Below, one piece after another: positions 1 through 9,334 of a DNA stretch of 64,000 nt. Within the stretch, counting starts at the first letter, position 1. Every line of letters starts with the position of its first letter. A program made the translations under genes and the position numbers. The stretch is taken from the NCBI GenBank assembly GCA_964551985.1, contig CAZKFG010000001.1, positions 40,181-104,180 on the forward strand. The letters are read 5' to 3'. The stretch is from an uncultured Acidaminococcales bacterium (GTDB taxonomy: Bacteria > Bacillota > Negativicutes > Acidaminococcales > JAISLQ01). The notes beneath the pieces were generated by a model that ran no database searches, was not told the origin of the DNA, and was given only the letters and a program-made list of their open reading frames with translations.

Positions 1-251
1 GATTTTTCAAACAAACGAATTTCTGATGCCAATTCTGCAAGCAAGCCTACTTCGCCAGCTTCGCTTTCTATCTGGGCAACAAATGTCAATCTTTGCTGTC
101 CCATAAGTTCACCTATCGTCTTACAAGTAGATGTACTCAACTGATTTGACATAGCATTATTATATAGTAAAAGACCTATAGTAGATGCCGTAAGCAAAAC
201 GACAAATAACAGCATATGTGTGTTGAATTTGCGATTTGTGCCGATTGTCAT
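1..251 (-). CDS. Partial CDS (N-terminus only; runs off the left edge): hypothetical membrane-anchored protein
   Basis: Not in the ORF track because there is no stop in the window. Minus-strand ATG at 251 is preceded by AGGAGAC. Translation MTIGTNRKFNTHMLLFVVLLTASTIGLLLYNN... gives a short tail plus one hydrophobic helix, and the frame stays open to position 1. Confidence 0.35.
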   Translation of the reverse strand, partial: MTIGTNRKFNTHMLLFVVLLTASTIGLLLYNNAMSNQLSTSTCKTIGELMGQQRLTFVAQIESEAGEVGLLAELASEIRLFEK

Positions 252-415
252 AAGTAAAGTCTCCTAATTCTTCATCTTCATGTTTTATTACTATAAATAA
301 ACTGTTTATTTTATAAAATTAATTTGTGCAATAAGACGTTATACTTTTTGAAAACTAATTTCGTGTATTCATTTTACTAAATAACAAATATAGTATCAAT
401 ATGTTTTTAAATAAT

Positions 416-1684
416 TTATAATCCACCCAATAACTCTTGAAGTAATAAAACATTTAAAAAACCTACTAAAAGTCCAATGCTTATCAATAAGATTTTTTGC
501 AAAAAAGAGTTTGCGTATTTGCCCATAACTGTTTTAGAAGAAGTTAAATAAATTTGTATAGCAATAGTTATCGGAAGCTGAACGCTAAGTGCCATTTGTG
601 AATAAACAAGTCCCCAAAAAGGCTCTTGTAGTAAAAATATAAGCACCAAAGCAAAACCATAAGTAATAATCACACCAATAAAAGAATGGCTATCTTTAAT
701 ATTGTAAGGCTCTTTAAAAAAGCCTGCAAAAATACTACCACCTGCCATACCTGCCGTTGCAGTAGAGGAAATACCAGAAAAAAGCAATGCTACAGCGAAC
801 AAAATAGCTGCTGTATTACCTAAAATCGGACGTAACATGTCTTGCGCTTGCCCAAGCTCATCTACTTTAATACCATGTGTAAAAAATACTGCGGCAGCCA
901 TCAAAATCATTGCACTATTAATTGCCCAGCCAATACACATCGAAAATAGCGTATCAAAAAACTCATATTTTAGTTGTTTTTCTATAGCCCCTTCACCTTG
1001 CAGATTAAATTGTCTACTTTGAATAACTTCTGAATGTAAAAACAAATTATGTGGCATAACAACAGCACCTAAAACACTCATTACTATAACTATAGAACCT
1101 TCTGGAATGCTAGGAACAACCCACCCAACAGCAGCCTTACTCCAAGAAATATCAGCAAAACTAATTTGTAGTAAAAAGGATAACCCTATCAACGATACAA
1201 AACCAATTATAAGTTTTTCCAGCCTTTGATATGAATTAGACCATAATAAAAAAAAGCAAAACAATGCCGAAATAATCGCTCCTATTTTAATATGCACACC
1301 AAATAATAGATTCAAGGCAATAGCTCCACCCAAAATTTCAGCCAAAGCAGTGGCAACAGAAGCTACAACAGCCGAAACCAAAACTAAAAAACTAACAAAT
1401 TTATTAGTATAAATTGCTGTTGCCTCAGCAAGACAAAGACCTGTAACAATACCCAAATGAGCAACATTATGTTGCAAAACAATAAGCATAATTGTAGATA
1501 AGCTAACCATCCACAAAAGAGTATATCCATACTCTGCACCTGCTGCCATATTTGATGCCCAGTTTCCAGGGTCAATAAACCCGACCGTGACCAAAATACC
1601 AGGTCCTAAAAAACGCAAAAATTCTCTTGCCTTTTTATTTACAGCGTGACGTTTATAAAAAAAATCACTTAAAAATTTAATCAT
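416..1684 (-). CDS. mntH: NRAMP-family divalent metal (Mn2+/Fe2+) transporter
   Basis: GPGILVTVGFIDPGNWASN (Nramp DPGN motif) and a polytopic hydrophobic profile, about 420 aa. The track start is 1690; the ATG at 1684 has better GGAGA spacing. Confidence 0.9.
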   Translation of the reverse strand: MIKFLSDFFYKRHAVNKKAREFLRFLGPGILVTVGFIDPGNWASNMAAGAEYGYTLLWMVSLSTIMLIVLQHNVAHLGIVTGLCLAEATAIYTNKFVSFLVLVSAVVASVATALAEILGGAIALNLLFGVHIKIGAIISALFCFFLLWSNSYQRLEKLIIGFVSLIGLSFLLQISFADISWSKAAVGWVVPSIPEGSIVIVMSVLGAVVMPHNLFLHSEVIQSRQFNLQGEGAIEKQLKYEFFDTLFSMCIGWAINSAMILMAAAVFFTHGIKVDELGQAQDMLRPILGNTAAILFAVALLFSGISSTATAGMAGGSIFAGFFKEPYNIKDSHSFIGVIITYGFALVLIFLLQEPFWGLVYSQMALSVQLPITIAIQIYLTSSKTVMGKYANSFLQKILLISIGLLVGFLNVLLLQELLGGL

Positions 1685-1908
1685 TCTCATTCTCCAATTT
1701 ATAAAGATTATTATTTAATAATTATAACACATATATTTACATTTTAAAGTTTACAAAATGAAAATTTAAATTTTTTGTAATGACAAAGTGCATTATATAT
1801 ATTGCAAAAACACCTTTAATACTTTTTGCTATTTCTGCATTTGTTTTAATTTTTTTTAGTCAGTGATATAATGAATATAATAATTTTAATTTGCGGAAGG
1901 TACAAAAT

Positions 1909-3825
1909 ATGAAACAAATAACAGAAATTTGTTTGATTGCACCATCAAAAGATTTGGCCAATCGTGCCCAAGCAATCATTGAAGCTAATAAAGATGATAT
2001 TCAAGTATATATAGCTAGCCTTGAAGGTGCTGCTGCGTTAGTCAAAGATCTATCTTCAAAAGGCGGTAAGGTATTTATAAGCCGAAGAGGTACAAGAGAG
2101 TTTTTAGAAAAAAATACTCAAGCAACTATTGTTGACATTCAAACAATGCTTTCAGACTATATAGAGATTATGGATAAACTTCGTGACGTAGAAGGCTTGG
2201 TAGCATTTTTTTCATTTCAAGATGATCTAAGTGACGATGTTAAAACAACTTGTCATTTACTTGGAATAAAAGGACGCAACTATCCTTTTAAAAATGTCTT
2301 TGAAACAAAAAAAGCTGTGATAAAAGCTATAGCTGACGGTGCTAAGTTAGGTATTGGTGGCGCTTTGACCGCTGCTTTTTCCAAGCAGCTTGGTTTACCT
2401 TATCTATCATTAGAAAACTCTAAAGAAAGTATCGAAGCTGCTATCACTTTAGCTAAACGCATACTTGATATAAAAAAACAAGAACAAAAGCGGAATGATC
2501 TTTTAACTTTTAAGCTAGAGCGTTATAAAGCAGTTTTCGACTTCACGCATGATGCTATCATTTCTATTGATGATAAAGGTTTAATTGACGTTATAAATCC
2601 TATCGCAGAAAAATTACTAAATGTAGATAGCAAAAGCGTAATTGGTAGGAATATTAAAGATATTATCCCCAATACAAGAATGTTAGATGTACTTCATTCA
2701 GGAGAAAAGGATTTAGGCTTTTTGTTAAATACACGAGGTATTATTTTATATGCTAACTGTATTCCCATAGTAATAGAAGGGCAAACAAAAGGTGTTGTAT
2801 CTACATTTCAAGATGTTAAAGCAATTCAAAGCAGTGAGCAAAAAATCAGAATTGGTTTACATTCTAAAGGCCTGACATCAAAATATAATTTTTCTAATAT
2901 ATTAGGTAAATCTTATGAACTTCAAGACACCATCCGCATAGCATACAGTTATGCAAAGTCTAATGCCACTGTGCTCATTTGTGGCGAAACAGGTACAGGC
3001 AAAGAGCTTTTTGCTCAAAGCATTTGTCAAAACAGTCTGCGCAGCAATCGTCCTTTTGTTGCAATCAATTGCGCAACTTTAGATAAAAATTTATTAGAAT
3101 CTGAATTATTCGGATATGTAGAAGGCGCTTTCACAGGTGCTTTAAAAGGCGGTAAGGTTGGTCTATTTGAACTTGCTCATACAGGAACAATCTTTTTAGA
3201 TGAAATTGGCGAATTACCTACAGACATTCAGGCAAAACTTTTACGTGTATTGCAAGAAAAGGAAATACGTAAAATAGGCAGCAATTCAGTATTACCTATT
3301 GATGTACGCATCATTGCCGCAACAAATAAAAATTTAGAACAGGCTGTACAAGATAAAACTTTTCGTGAAGATTTGTTCTATAGATTGAACGTTTTAAATT
3401 TGAACATTCCACCCTTAAGAGAACGTCGTGAGGATATTTATGAAATTGCCGAATTTTTCTTGAGAAATTTTAGTGAATCAAACTATCTACAATTTAAGGA
3501 ACATTTATATAACACTCTAGATATGTTATCTGATTATTTATGGCCTGGCAACGTTCGTGAACTACAAAATTTTGTTGAAAGAGTAAGTGTTCTTTTACTA
3601 AATGAAAATAAAGACGAACAGCTAGAGCGACTTGTCAGACAGCTTACAAATAAAGACAATATTCCACAGAGTATTGATGACAAAAATTTAAAAGATTGGC
3701 AAAAACAAAGAATTGTAGATGCAATAAAAGCAAATAAAGGCTCTATAAGCAGAGCTGCTACAAGTCTTGGCATAAGTCGTACAACTTTATGGCGTAAATT
3801 AAAAGAATATAATATAAAAATATAA
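1909..3825 (+). CDS. Sigma-54-dependent transcriptional activator, PrpR-type (PrpR_N sensor + PAS + AAA+ + Fis-type HTH)
   Basis: The N-terminus resembles the propionate-catabolism-activator domain ([10 protein letters not shown]...[12 protein letters not shown]...IVDIQ). Walker A GETGTGKE, canonical GAFTGA, and C-terminal [24 protein letters not shown] are present. The track start is TTG 1891; the ATG at 1909 follows GGAAGG. Confidence 0.9.
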   Translation: MKQITEICLIAPSKDLANRAQAIIEANKDDIQVYIASLEGAAALVKDLSSKGGKVFISRRGTREFLEKNTQATIVDIQTMLSDYIEIMDKLRDVEGLVAFFSFQDDLSDDVKTTCHLLGIKGRNYPFKNVFETKKAVIKAIADGAKLGIGGALTAAFSKQLGLPYLSLENSKESIEAAITLAKRILDIKKQEQKRNDLLTFKLERYKAVFDFTHDAIISIDDKGLIDVINPIAEKLLNVDSKSVIGRNIKDIIPNTRMLDVLHSGEKDLGFLLNTRGIILYANCIPIVIEGQTKGVVSTFQDVKAIQSSEQKIRIGLHSKGLTSKYNFSNILGKSYELQDTIRIAYSYAKSNATVLICGETGTGKELFAQSICQNSLRSNRPFVAINCATLDKNLLESELFGYVEGAFTGALKGGKVGLFELAHTGTIFLDEIGELPTDIQAKLLRVLQEKEIRKIGSNSVLPIDVRIIAATNKNLEQAVQDKTFREDLFYRLNVLNLNIPPLRERREDIYEIAEFFLRNFSESNYLQFKEHLYNTLDMLSDYLWPGNVRELQNFVERVSVLLLNENKDEQLERLVRQLTNKDNIPQSIDDKNLKDWQKQRIVDAIKANKGSISRAATSLGISRTTLWRKLKEYNIKI

Positions 3826-3827
3826 TG

Positions 3828-3871
3828 TTTGTTACAAATCGTTGCAACATGCGGAAACATTTTGTTACAAA
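3828..3871. promoter_or_regulatory. Candidate enhancer (UAS): 11-nt direct repeat TTTGTTACAAA x2, starts 33 bp apart
   Basis: Exact copies at 3828-3838 and 3861-3871. Each contains the TTGT-N-ACAA dyad. They lie 69-112 bp upstream of the -24 element at 3940. Confidence 0.3.
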
Positions 3872-3899
3872 ACAGAGGCGTTTTGCCTCTGTTTTTTTT
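3871..3899 (+). terminator. Rho-independent terminator after the activator gene
   Basis: Stem ACAGAGGC/GCCTCTGT with loop GTTTT, followed by a T8 run. Confidence 0.6.
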
Positions 3900-3939
3900 G
3901 AAAACACTAACAAGCATTGTTTTTCCCATTTTAAAATTT

Positions 3940-3955
3940 GGCACATATTTTGCTT
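3940..3955 (+). promoter_or_regulatory. Sigma-54 (-24/-12) promoter of locus 1
   Basis: TGGCACatattTTGCT. GG at 3941-3942 and GC at 3953-3954 are 12 nt apart. It lies 50 nt upstream of the ATG at 4005 and immediately downstream of a sigma-54 activator gene. Confidence 0.8.
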
Positions 3956-4004
3956 TAATTATGTATGAAAGTAATTTTAAAAAATTTTTAGAGGAGAGAT
4001 TATA

Positions 4005-5198
4005 ATGAAAGACGGTTTATTATCAGGAGTGAAAGTTTTAGATATGACAAGAGTGCTTGCAGGTCCTTATTGTGGCATGATGCTTGCAGATATGGGGGCA
4101 GAAGTTATAAAGGTAGAAACTCCAAAAATAGGTGATGATGCTCGTCTTAGCGCCCCTATCGTGCGTGGCGAAAGCGCGTACTTCATGAATCTAAACCGCA
4201 ACAAAAAAGGTATTACATTAAATCTAAAACATCCTAAAGGTAAAGATATTTTCCAAAAACTAGTAGAACAAAGTGATATCGTCTTAGAAAACTACCGACC
4301 AGGTGTAATGGAAAAATTAGGTTTAGGTTATGAAGATTTGAGAAAAATAAATCCACGAATTATTTATGGCGCAGTATCAGGCTTTGGGCACTATGGACCA
4401 TACAGTCAAAGGGCAGGATATGATATTATTGGACAAGCTATGAGCGGTCTTATGAGTACTACCGGATGGCCAGGCGGAGAACCTACACGCACAGGCACTG
4501 CAATGTCTGATATATTGGGCGGTTTAAGTTGTGCAATAGGAGTACTTGCAGCTTATACAAAAATGTTGAAAACAGGCGTTGGTGATAAAGTAGACATTTC
4601 CCTTGTTGATGCGACAGTATCTTCACTAGAAATTATCAACATGATTTATTTGTGCACCGGTCGCACTCCAGAACGCATAGGTAACCGTTATGAGGCTGTG
4701 TATCCTTATGATACTTTTCCTACAAAAAACGGAACAATGGTTATAGGTGCAGGCAATCAAAAATTATTTGAGGTATTGTGCAAAGTTATGCAAAATGAAA
4801 AACTAATTGAAAATCCTAACTTTGCCAATAATATTTTGCGTGTACAAAATCATGCCGAATTAAAGCCACATATAAGCGAATGGACTTCACAACACGATTT
4901 AGATGAAGTCGTACAAATACTTTTAGATGCTGGTATACCAGCCGCACCAATAAATACTATTGACCGTGTAGTAAATGACCCACATATAGGCGGAGCACGT
5001 GAAATGTTCCCAGCTTGCACACACCCTATCGCAGGAGAAATAAGGCTTACAGGCAATCAAATTAAACTTACAAACCATAAAATAGACACTTTCAAACATT
5101 CACCTCTTCTTGGCGAACATAACGAAGAAATACTCTGTGAGCGCCTAGGATTTAGTAAAGAAGATATAGCAAAACTATTAGAAGATAAAGTATTATAA
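4005..5198 (+). CDS. Family III (CaiB/BaiF-type) CoA-transferase
   Basis: VKVLDMTRVLAGPYCGMMLADMGAEVIKVE and YDIIGQAMSGLMSTTGWP are typical of class III CoA-transferases. RBS GAGGAGAG. Confidence 0.9.
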   Translation: MKDGLLSGVKVLDMTRVLAGPYCGMMLADMGAEVIKVETPKIGDDARLSAPIVRGESAYFMNLNRNKKGITLNLKHPKGKDIFQKLVEQSDIVLENYRPGVMEKLGLGYEDLRKINPRIIYGAVSGFGHYGPYSQRAGYDIIGQAMSGLMSTTGWPGGEPTRTGTAMSDILGGLSCAIGVLAAYTKMLKTGVGDKVDISLVDATVSSLEIINMIYLCTGRTPERIGNRYEAVYPYDTFPTKNGTMVIGAGNQKLFEVLCKVMQNEKLIENPNFANNILRVQNHAELKPHISEWTSQHDLDEVVQILLDAGIPAAPINTIDRVVNDPHIGGAREMFPACTHPIAGEIRLTGNQIKLTNHKIDTFKHSPLLGEHNEEILCERLGFSKEDIAKLLEDKVL

Positions 5199-5226
5199 GA
5201 GTTTTTTACCAAGAAGGAGGGATATT

Positions 5227-6489
5227 ATGGGTAAAACAATCTCTGAGAAAATTTTGGCAAAAGCGGCAAATGTCGACAGTGTATCTGCCGGCGAGATAAT
5301 CTGGGTAAAAGTAGACCAAGCAATGTTAGATGATATTTTAGGTCCACGAGTGGAAATTGCTGAAAAAATGCAAATGCTTAGTGCCAAAGTATGGAACCCT
5401 GATAAAGTAACTGTTATTTCCGACCACTATACTCCAGCCGCTAACGCGACCCAAGCACAAATAGTCAAATTTACTCGTGAATGGTCTTTAGAAAACAATA
5501 TACAACATTATTATGAACTAGCCGGTCCTTGTCACCAAGTAATGGTAGAAAAAGGACGCGTAGCACCTGGTGAAGTTATTATCGGCACAGATTCACACAC
5601 GTGTGCCTATGGTGCACTAGGCGCTTTTTCTACAGGAGTTGGTTCAACAGAAATGCTTGGCGTGCTTGTGACAGGTGAAATTTGGCTAAGAGTGCCACAA
5701 ACTATCTTAGTCAACTTTGACGGAGCTTTTAATGATGGAGTTATGGCAAAAGATGCTATACTTGCAGCAATCGGTAAAATAGGACACTCCGGAGCCACTT
5801 ATAAGGCACTAGAGTTTGCAGGAAGCAGCATTAAAAATATGATTATGGACGAACGTCTATGTATAACAAATATGGCTGTTGAAGCAGGTGCTAAAAACGG
5901 TATTATCCAGCCTGATGAAATCACACGCTCTTATCTGCAGTCTATAGGCATAAATAGAGGTGAATTTTTTGCCAGTGACAAAGATGCCAATTATTTACAA
6001 ACAGTAAATATCGATATCAATAAACTAGAGCCAGTATGTGCTTGTCCACACGAAGTTGACAATGTTACTGAAATCAAAAATTTACCTGAGATAAAAATTC
6101 ACCAAGCTTACATAGGCTCTTGTACAGGCGGTCGATATAATGATTTAAAAGTTGCGGCACAGCTACTTAAAGGTAAAAAAATCGCTAAAGGCACTCGTCT
6201 TTTAGTTTCTCCCGCCTCAAAAGAAATATGGGACATATGCGTTAAAGACGGCACTTTAAGTACGTTATCAGATGCCGGAGCAACAATTTTAGCGTCCAGT
6301 TGCGGAGCTTGTCTTGGAATACATTCTGGTGCTATTGCCGAAGGAGAGGTCTGCATTTCCGCTACTAACAGAAATTTTATCGGTCGTATGGGTAGCAAAA
6401 ACTCACAAGTATATCTGGCATCGCCGTTGTCTGTAGCAGCTGCTGCTCTAACAGGTAAGATTGTTGATCCGAGAAGTGTAAGGGGGTAA
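5227..6489 (+). CDS. Aconitase-family dehydratase large subunit (LeuC/HacA/DmdA-like)
   Basis: GTDSHT, IGSCTGGR and SCGACLG Fe-S ligand motifs. About 420 aa. It is followed by a LeuD-like small subunit. Confidence 0.9.
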   Translation: MGKTISEKILAKAANVDSVSAGEIIWVKVDQAMLDDILGPRVEIAEKMQMLSAKVWNPDKVTVISDHYTPAANATQAQIVKFTREWSLENNIQHYYELAGPCHQVMVEKGRVAPGEVIIGTDSHTCAYGALGAFSTGVGSTEMLGVLVTGEIWLRVPQTILVNFDGAFNDGVMAKDAILAAIGKIGHSGATYKALEFAGSSIKNMIMDERLCITNMAVEAGAKNGIIQPDEITRSYLQSIGINRGEFFASDKDANYLQTVNIDINKLEPVCACPHEVDNVTEIKNLPEIKIHQAYIGSCTGGRYNDLKVAAQLLKGKKIAKGTRLLVSPASKEIWDICVKDGTLSTLSDAGATILASSCGACLGIHSGAIAEGEVCISATNRNFIGRMGSKNSQVYLASPLSVAAAALTGKIVDPRSVRG

Positions 6490-6493
6490 AAGC

Positions 6494-6985
6494 ATGCAAA
6501 AAATAATCGGTAAAGCCTGGAAATATGGAGACAACATAAATACTGATATCATTTCACCACCTGCTTATATGGAACTATCAGTTAAAGATGCCGCAAAATA
6601 TGCTATGAGTACGGTTGATACTGATTTTGCTAAAAACTGTAAGCCAGGCGACATATTTGTCGCTGAACATAATCTAGGCTCAGGCTCTAGTCGCGAAACT
6701 TCGCCACTAACCTTACGTGAACTTGGAATAACAACTATTATCGCAAAAGATTATGCTAGAATATTTTATCGCAATTGCATTAACGTAGGTATTTTGGCAA
6801 TCGAATGTGCCGATACTGATAAAATAAGCAATTTTGACCAGTTGGAAATCGATTGCACAGCAGGAACAATTAAAAATATCAGCAAAAATGAAACTTATAG
6901 TTGTGATAAAATACCCGAACACATTATGGCTTTGGTAAGCTGTGGTGGAATGGTAAATTATCTTGAACAAAAAATGAAAAAATAA
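6494..6985 (+). CDS. Aconitase-family dehydratase small subunit (LeuD-like swivel domain)
   Basis: 163 aa with GDNINTDIISP and GSGSSRE motifs. Tightly coupled to the large subunit by a 4-nt gap. Confidence 0.85.
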   Translation: MQKIIGKAWKYGDNINTDIISPPAYMELSVKDAAKYAMSTVDTDFAKNCKPGDIFVAEHNLGSGSSRETSPLTLRELGITTIIAKDYARIFYRNCINVGILAIECADTDKISNFDQLEIDCTAGTIKNISKNETYSCDKIPEHIMALVSCGGMVNYLEQKMKK

Positions 6986-6999
6986 GAGGAGGTATTGTT

Positions 7000-8160
7000 A
7001 TGCATAGTGAAATGGAACTTTTAAAATGCGCTATTGTACGTGGAGGTACAAGTAAAGGTGTTTTTATTATGAAAAATGAACTGCCAAAAGACACGGCACT
7101 TCGTGATAAAACAATTTTAGCAATTTACGGAAGTCCAGACGTTAGGCAAATTGACGGTTTAGGTGGTGCCGATTCTTTGACAAGTAAACTTGCCATTATC
7201 TCTCCATCAACTAAAAAAGGAGCAGATGTAGATTATACTTTCGGTCAAGTAAGTATAACAGATAATTTTGTTGATTATGGCGGTAACTGCGGCAACATAT
7301 CTTCGGCTGTCGGCGGTTTTGCTATTGATATGGGCATGGTCGAACCTGTAGAACCTGTAACAACAGTTAAAATTCACATGACAAATACAGGGAAAATGCT
7401 CACAGCTGAAGTTCCTGTAAAAAACGGTAAAGCAGCTGTAGAAGGTGATTACGAAATTGACGGCTGTCCAGGTACAGGTGCTAAGATTACGCTTGACTGG
7501 TCAGAAGCTGTCGGCGGCTCTACAGGAAAATTGTTACCAACAGGCAATGTTAAAGACGTTATTGAGGCAAGTGGCAAAAAGTATACCGTCTCAATTGTCG
7601 ATGCTGGTAATATTGTAATTTTCGTACGTGCCGAAGAATTTGGTTTACAAGGAACGGAAACTCCAAACGAAATAGATGCAAACCTACCACTAAACGAAGT
7701 AATTGAAGAAATACGTGGCAAAGTCTGTCAAATGGTTGGCATTGTCAAAAATTGGCAAGATGCTAAAAAACTAACACCATATCAACCATTTTTTGCTATA
7801 GTTAGCCCCGCTCAAGACTATAAATGTTTTAATGGTAATTCTGTCAAAAAAGAGGAAATTGATTTTACATCTCGTTTATTATTTATGCTAAAAATGCACA
7901 AAGCATACCCTGTCACAGGAACAGTTGCAACAGGTGCAGTTTCTCGCATAAAAGGCAGTGTTGTATACGATCTTTTGAGTGAAAAAGCTAAAACAGAAAA
8001 AGTAGTACGCATCGGTCATCCTTCAGGCATTATAGATGTTGAAGCGACTGCTGATTACAAGGGCGGCGAAACAATTATGACAAAAATCGGCGTATACAGA
8101 ACTGCTCGAATGATTATGCAAGGCTATGTGTATGTGAGAAAAACAATATTTAATAAATAA
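7000..8160 (+). CDS. PrpF-family isomerase (methylaconitate / aconitate / 3-methylitaconate isomerase-like)
   Basis: N-terminal CAIVRGGTSKGVF motif typical of PrpF/Mii, about 386 aa. Confidence 0.85.
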   Translation: MHSEMELLKCAIVRGGTSKGVFIMKNELPKDTALRDKTILAIYGSPDVRQIDGLGGADSLTSKLAIISPSTKKGADVDYTFGQVSITDNFVDYGGNCGNISSAVGGFAIDMGMVEPVEPVTTVKIHMTNTGKMLTAEVPVKNGKAAVEGDYEIDGCPGTGAKITLDWSEAVGGSTGKLLPTGNVKDVIEASGKKYTVSIVDAGNIVIFVRAEEFGLQGTETPNEIDANLPLNEVIEEIRGKVCQMVGIVKNWQDAKKLTPYQPFFAIVSPAQDYKCFNGNSVKKEEIDFTSRLLFMLKMHKAYPVTGTVATGAVSRIKGSVVYDLLSEKAKTEKVVRIGHPSGIIDVEATADYKGGETIMTKIGVYRTARMIMQGYVYVRKTIFNK

Positions 8161-8186
8161 AATAAAACTGGAGGTTAGTGTAATCA

Positions 8187-8846
8187 ATGAGTGAAAAGGA
8201 AAATAATTTTCAAAAAGAAGGTCTTAGTGTTCCTTGGTATGGCTATGTAGCATTATTATTTGCCATAGTGTTTTTTTCAGGAGCATTTTCAAGTACAAAA
8301 GGAGCGCTATCGGTATTAGATTTTGGACAACTTGCCGGTAAATTCGGCTCTGTTATGGGTATAAATGGCAAAGCTGCTACATTTTCAGGTCAAGGAGGAA
8401 CAGGCGCAAGAGACGGTTTTATGTTTGCCTTATCTTTGTTTCCTTCCGTTATGTTTGCTCTTGGCATAGTAGAAGTTGTTGACTATTTAAAAGGTCTAAA
8501 AGCTGCCCAAAAACTTTTATCTCCTATTTTGCGTCCTCTACTAGGTATTCCAGGAATTGCAGGGCTTGCATTAGTATCTAGTCTTCAAAGCACTGACGCT
8601 GGAGCAGGTATGACTAAGGCATTGCGTGAAAGTGGCGATTTTACCGAACGTGAGAGAATTATTTTTTCTTCATTCCAATTTAGTGGCGGTGGAACAATTA
8701 CTAATTATCTAGCGGCTGGAGCTGCAGTATTTTCTTATCTAACTGTACCTATTCTCCTTCCTCTGATTGTAATTTTTTGTCTTAAATTTGTTGGAGCAAA
8801 TCTTGTAAGAATTTATTTAAAAAGATTCAAGGAGGAAGAAATATAA
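8187..8846 (+). CDS. YjiH-like membrane protein (nucleoside-recognition/Gate domain family)
   Basis: 219 aa, polytopic, and paired with a YjiG-like gene by a 1-nt overlap, as in E. coli yjiH-yjiG. Confidence 0.7.
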   Translation: MSEKENNFQKEGLSVPWYGYVALLFAIVFFSGAFSSTKGALSVLDFGQLAGKFGSVMGINGKAATFSGQGGTGARDGFMFALSLFPSVMFALGIVEVVDYLKGLKAAQKLLSPILRPLLGIPGIAGLALVSSLQSTDAGAGMTKALRESGDFTERERIIFSSFQFSGGGTITNYLAAGAAVFSYLTVPILLPLIVIFCLKFVGANLVRIYLKRFKEEEI

Positions 8847-9301
8847 TGTCTGAAAAAAAACCACTACCTGATGTTTTTGTTGATGGAGCGAAAAAAGGAT
8901 TTAACATCGCTTGTAATAGTATTTTGCCAAATGTTTTAATGGCTTATGTAATAATTCAAATTCTTAATTTGACAGGTTTATTAAAACTTTTAAGTGCTGT
9001 ATTTGAACCTGTAATGGCTCTTTTTGATTTGCCAGGTCAAGCAATTATGGTTTTGGCAGCATCATTTATGTCGATGGGCGGCGGCGCAGGAGCCGCAGCA
9101 AGTTTAGTTAGCAGCGGTTCACTTACAAATCGTGAAGTCACAATTGTTTTCCCTTCGATATTTTTGATGGGCGCATTGATTCAATATGCAGGTCGCCTAC
9201 TTGGAACTGCTGGTGTATCAAGTAAATATTACCCATTATTATTTTTCATAGCTATTTTCAATGCAGTTGTAAGTATGTTAATTATGAGATTTTTTGCTTA
9301 A
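8846..9301 (+). CDS. YjiG-like membrane protein
   Basis: FVDGAKKGFNIA...LPNVLMAYVIIQILNLTGLL...EPVMALFDLPG...MSMGG closely resembles E. coli YjiG as I recall it. 151 aa. Confidence 0.75.
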   Translation: MSEKKPLPDVFVDGAKKGFNIACNSILPNVLMAYVIIQILNLTGLLKLLSAVFEPVMALFDLPGQAIMVLAASFMSMGGGAGAAASLVSSGSLTNREVTIVFPSIFLMGALIQYAGRLLGTAGVSSKYYPLLFFIAIFNAVVSMLIMRFFA

Positions 9302-9334
9302 ATTAAAAATATTTTAAAAGAGGTATATTAAAAA

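Noticed and set aside
1751-1780. Dyad TTACAAAA-N13-TTTTGTAA in the mntH / activator-1 intergenic region, considered as a possible MntR or activator operator.
   Set aside because: It is AT-only, has short arms, and matches no known operator consensus that I can recall. The support is insufficient.
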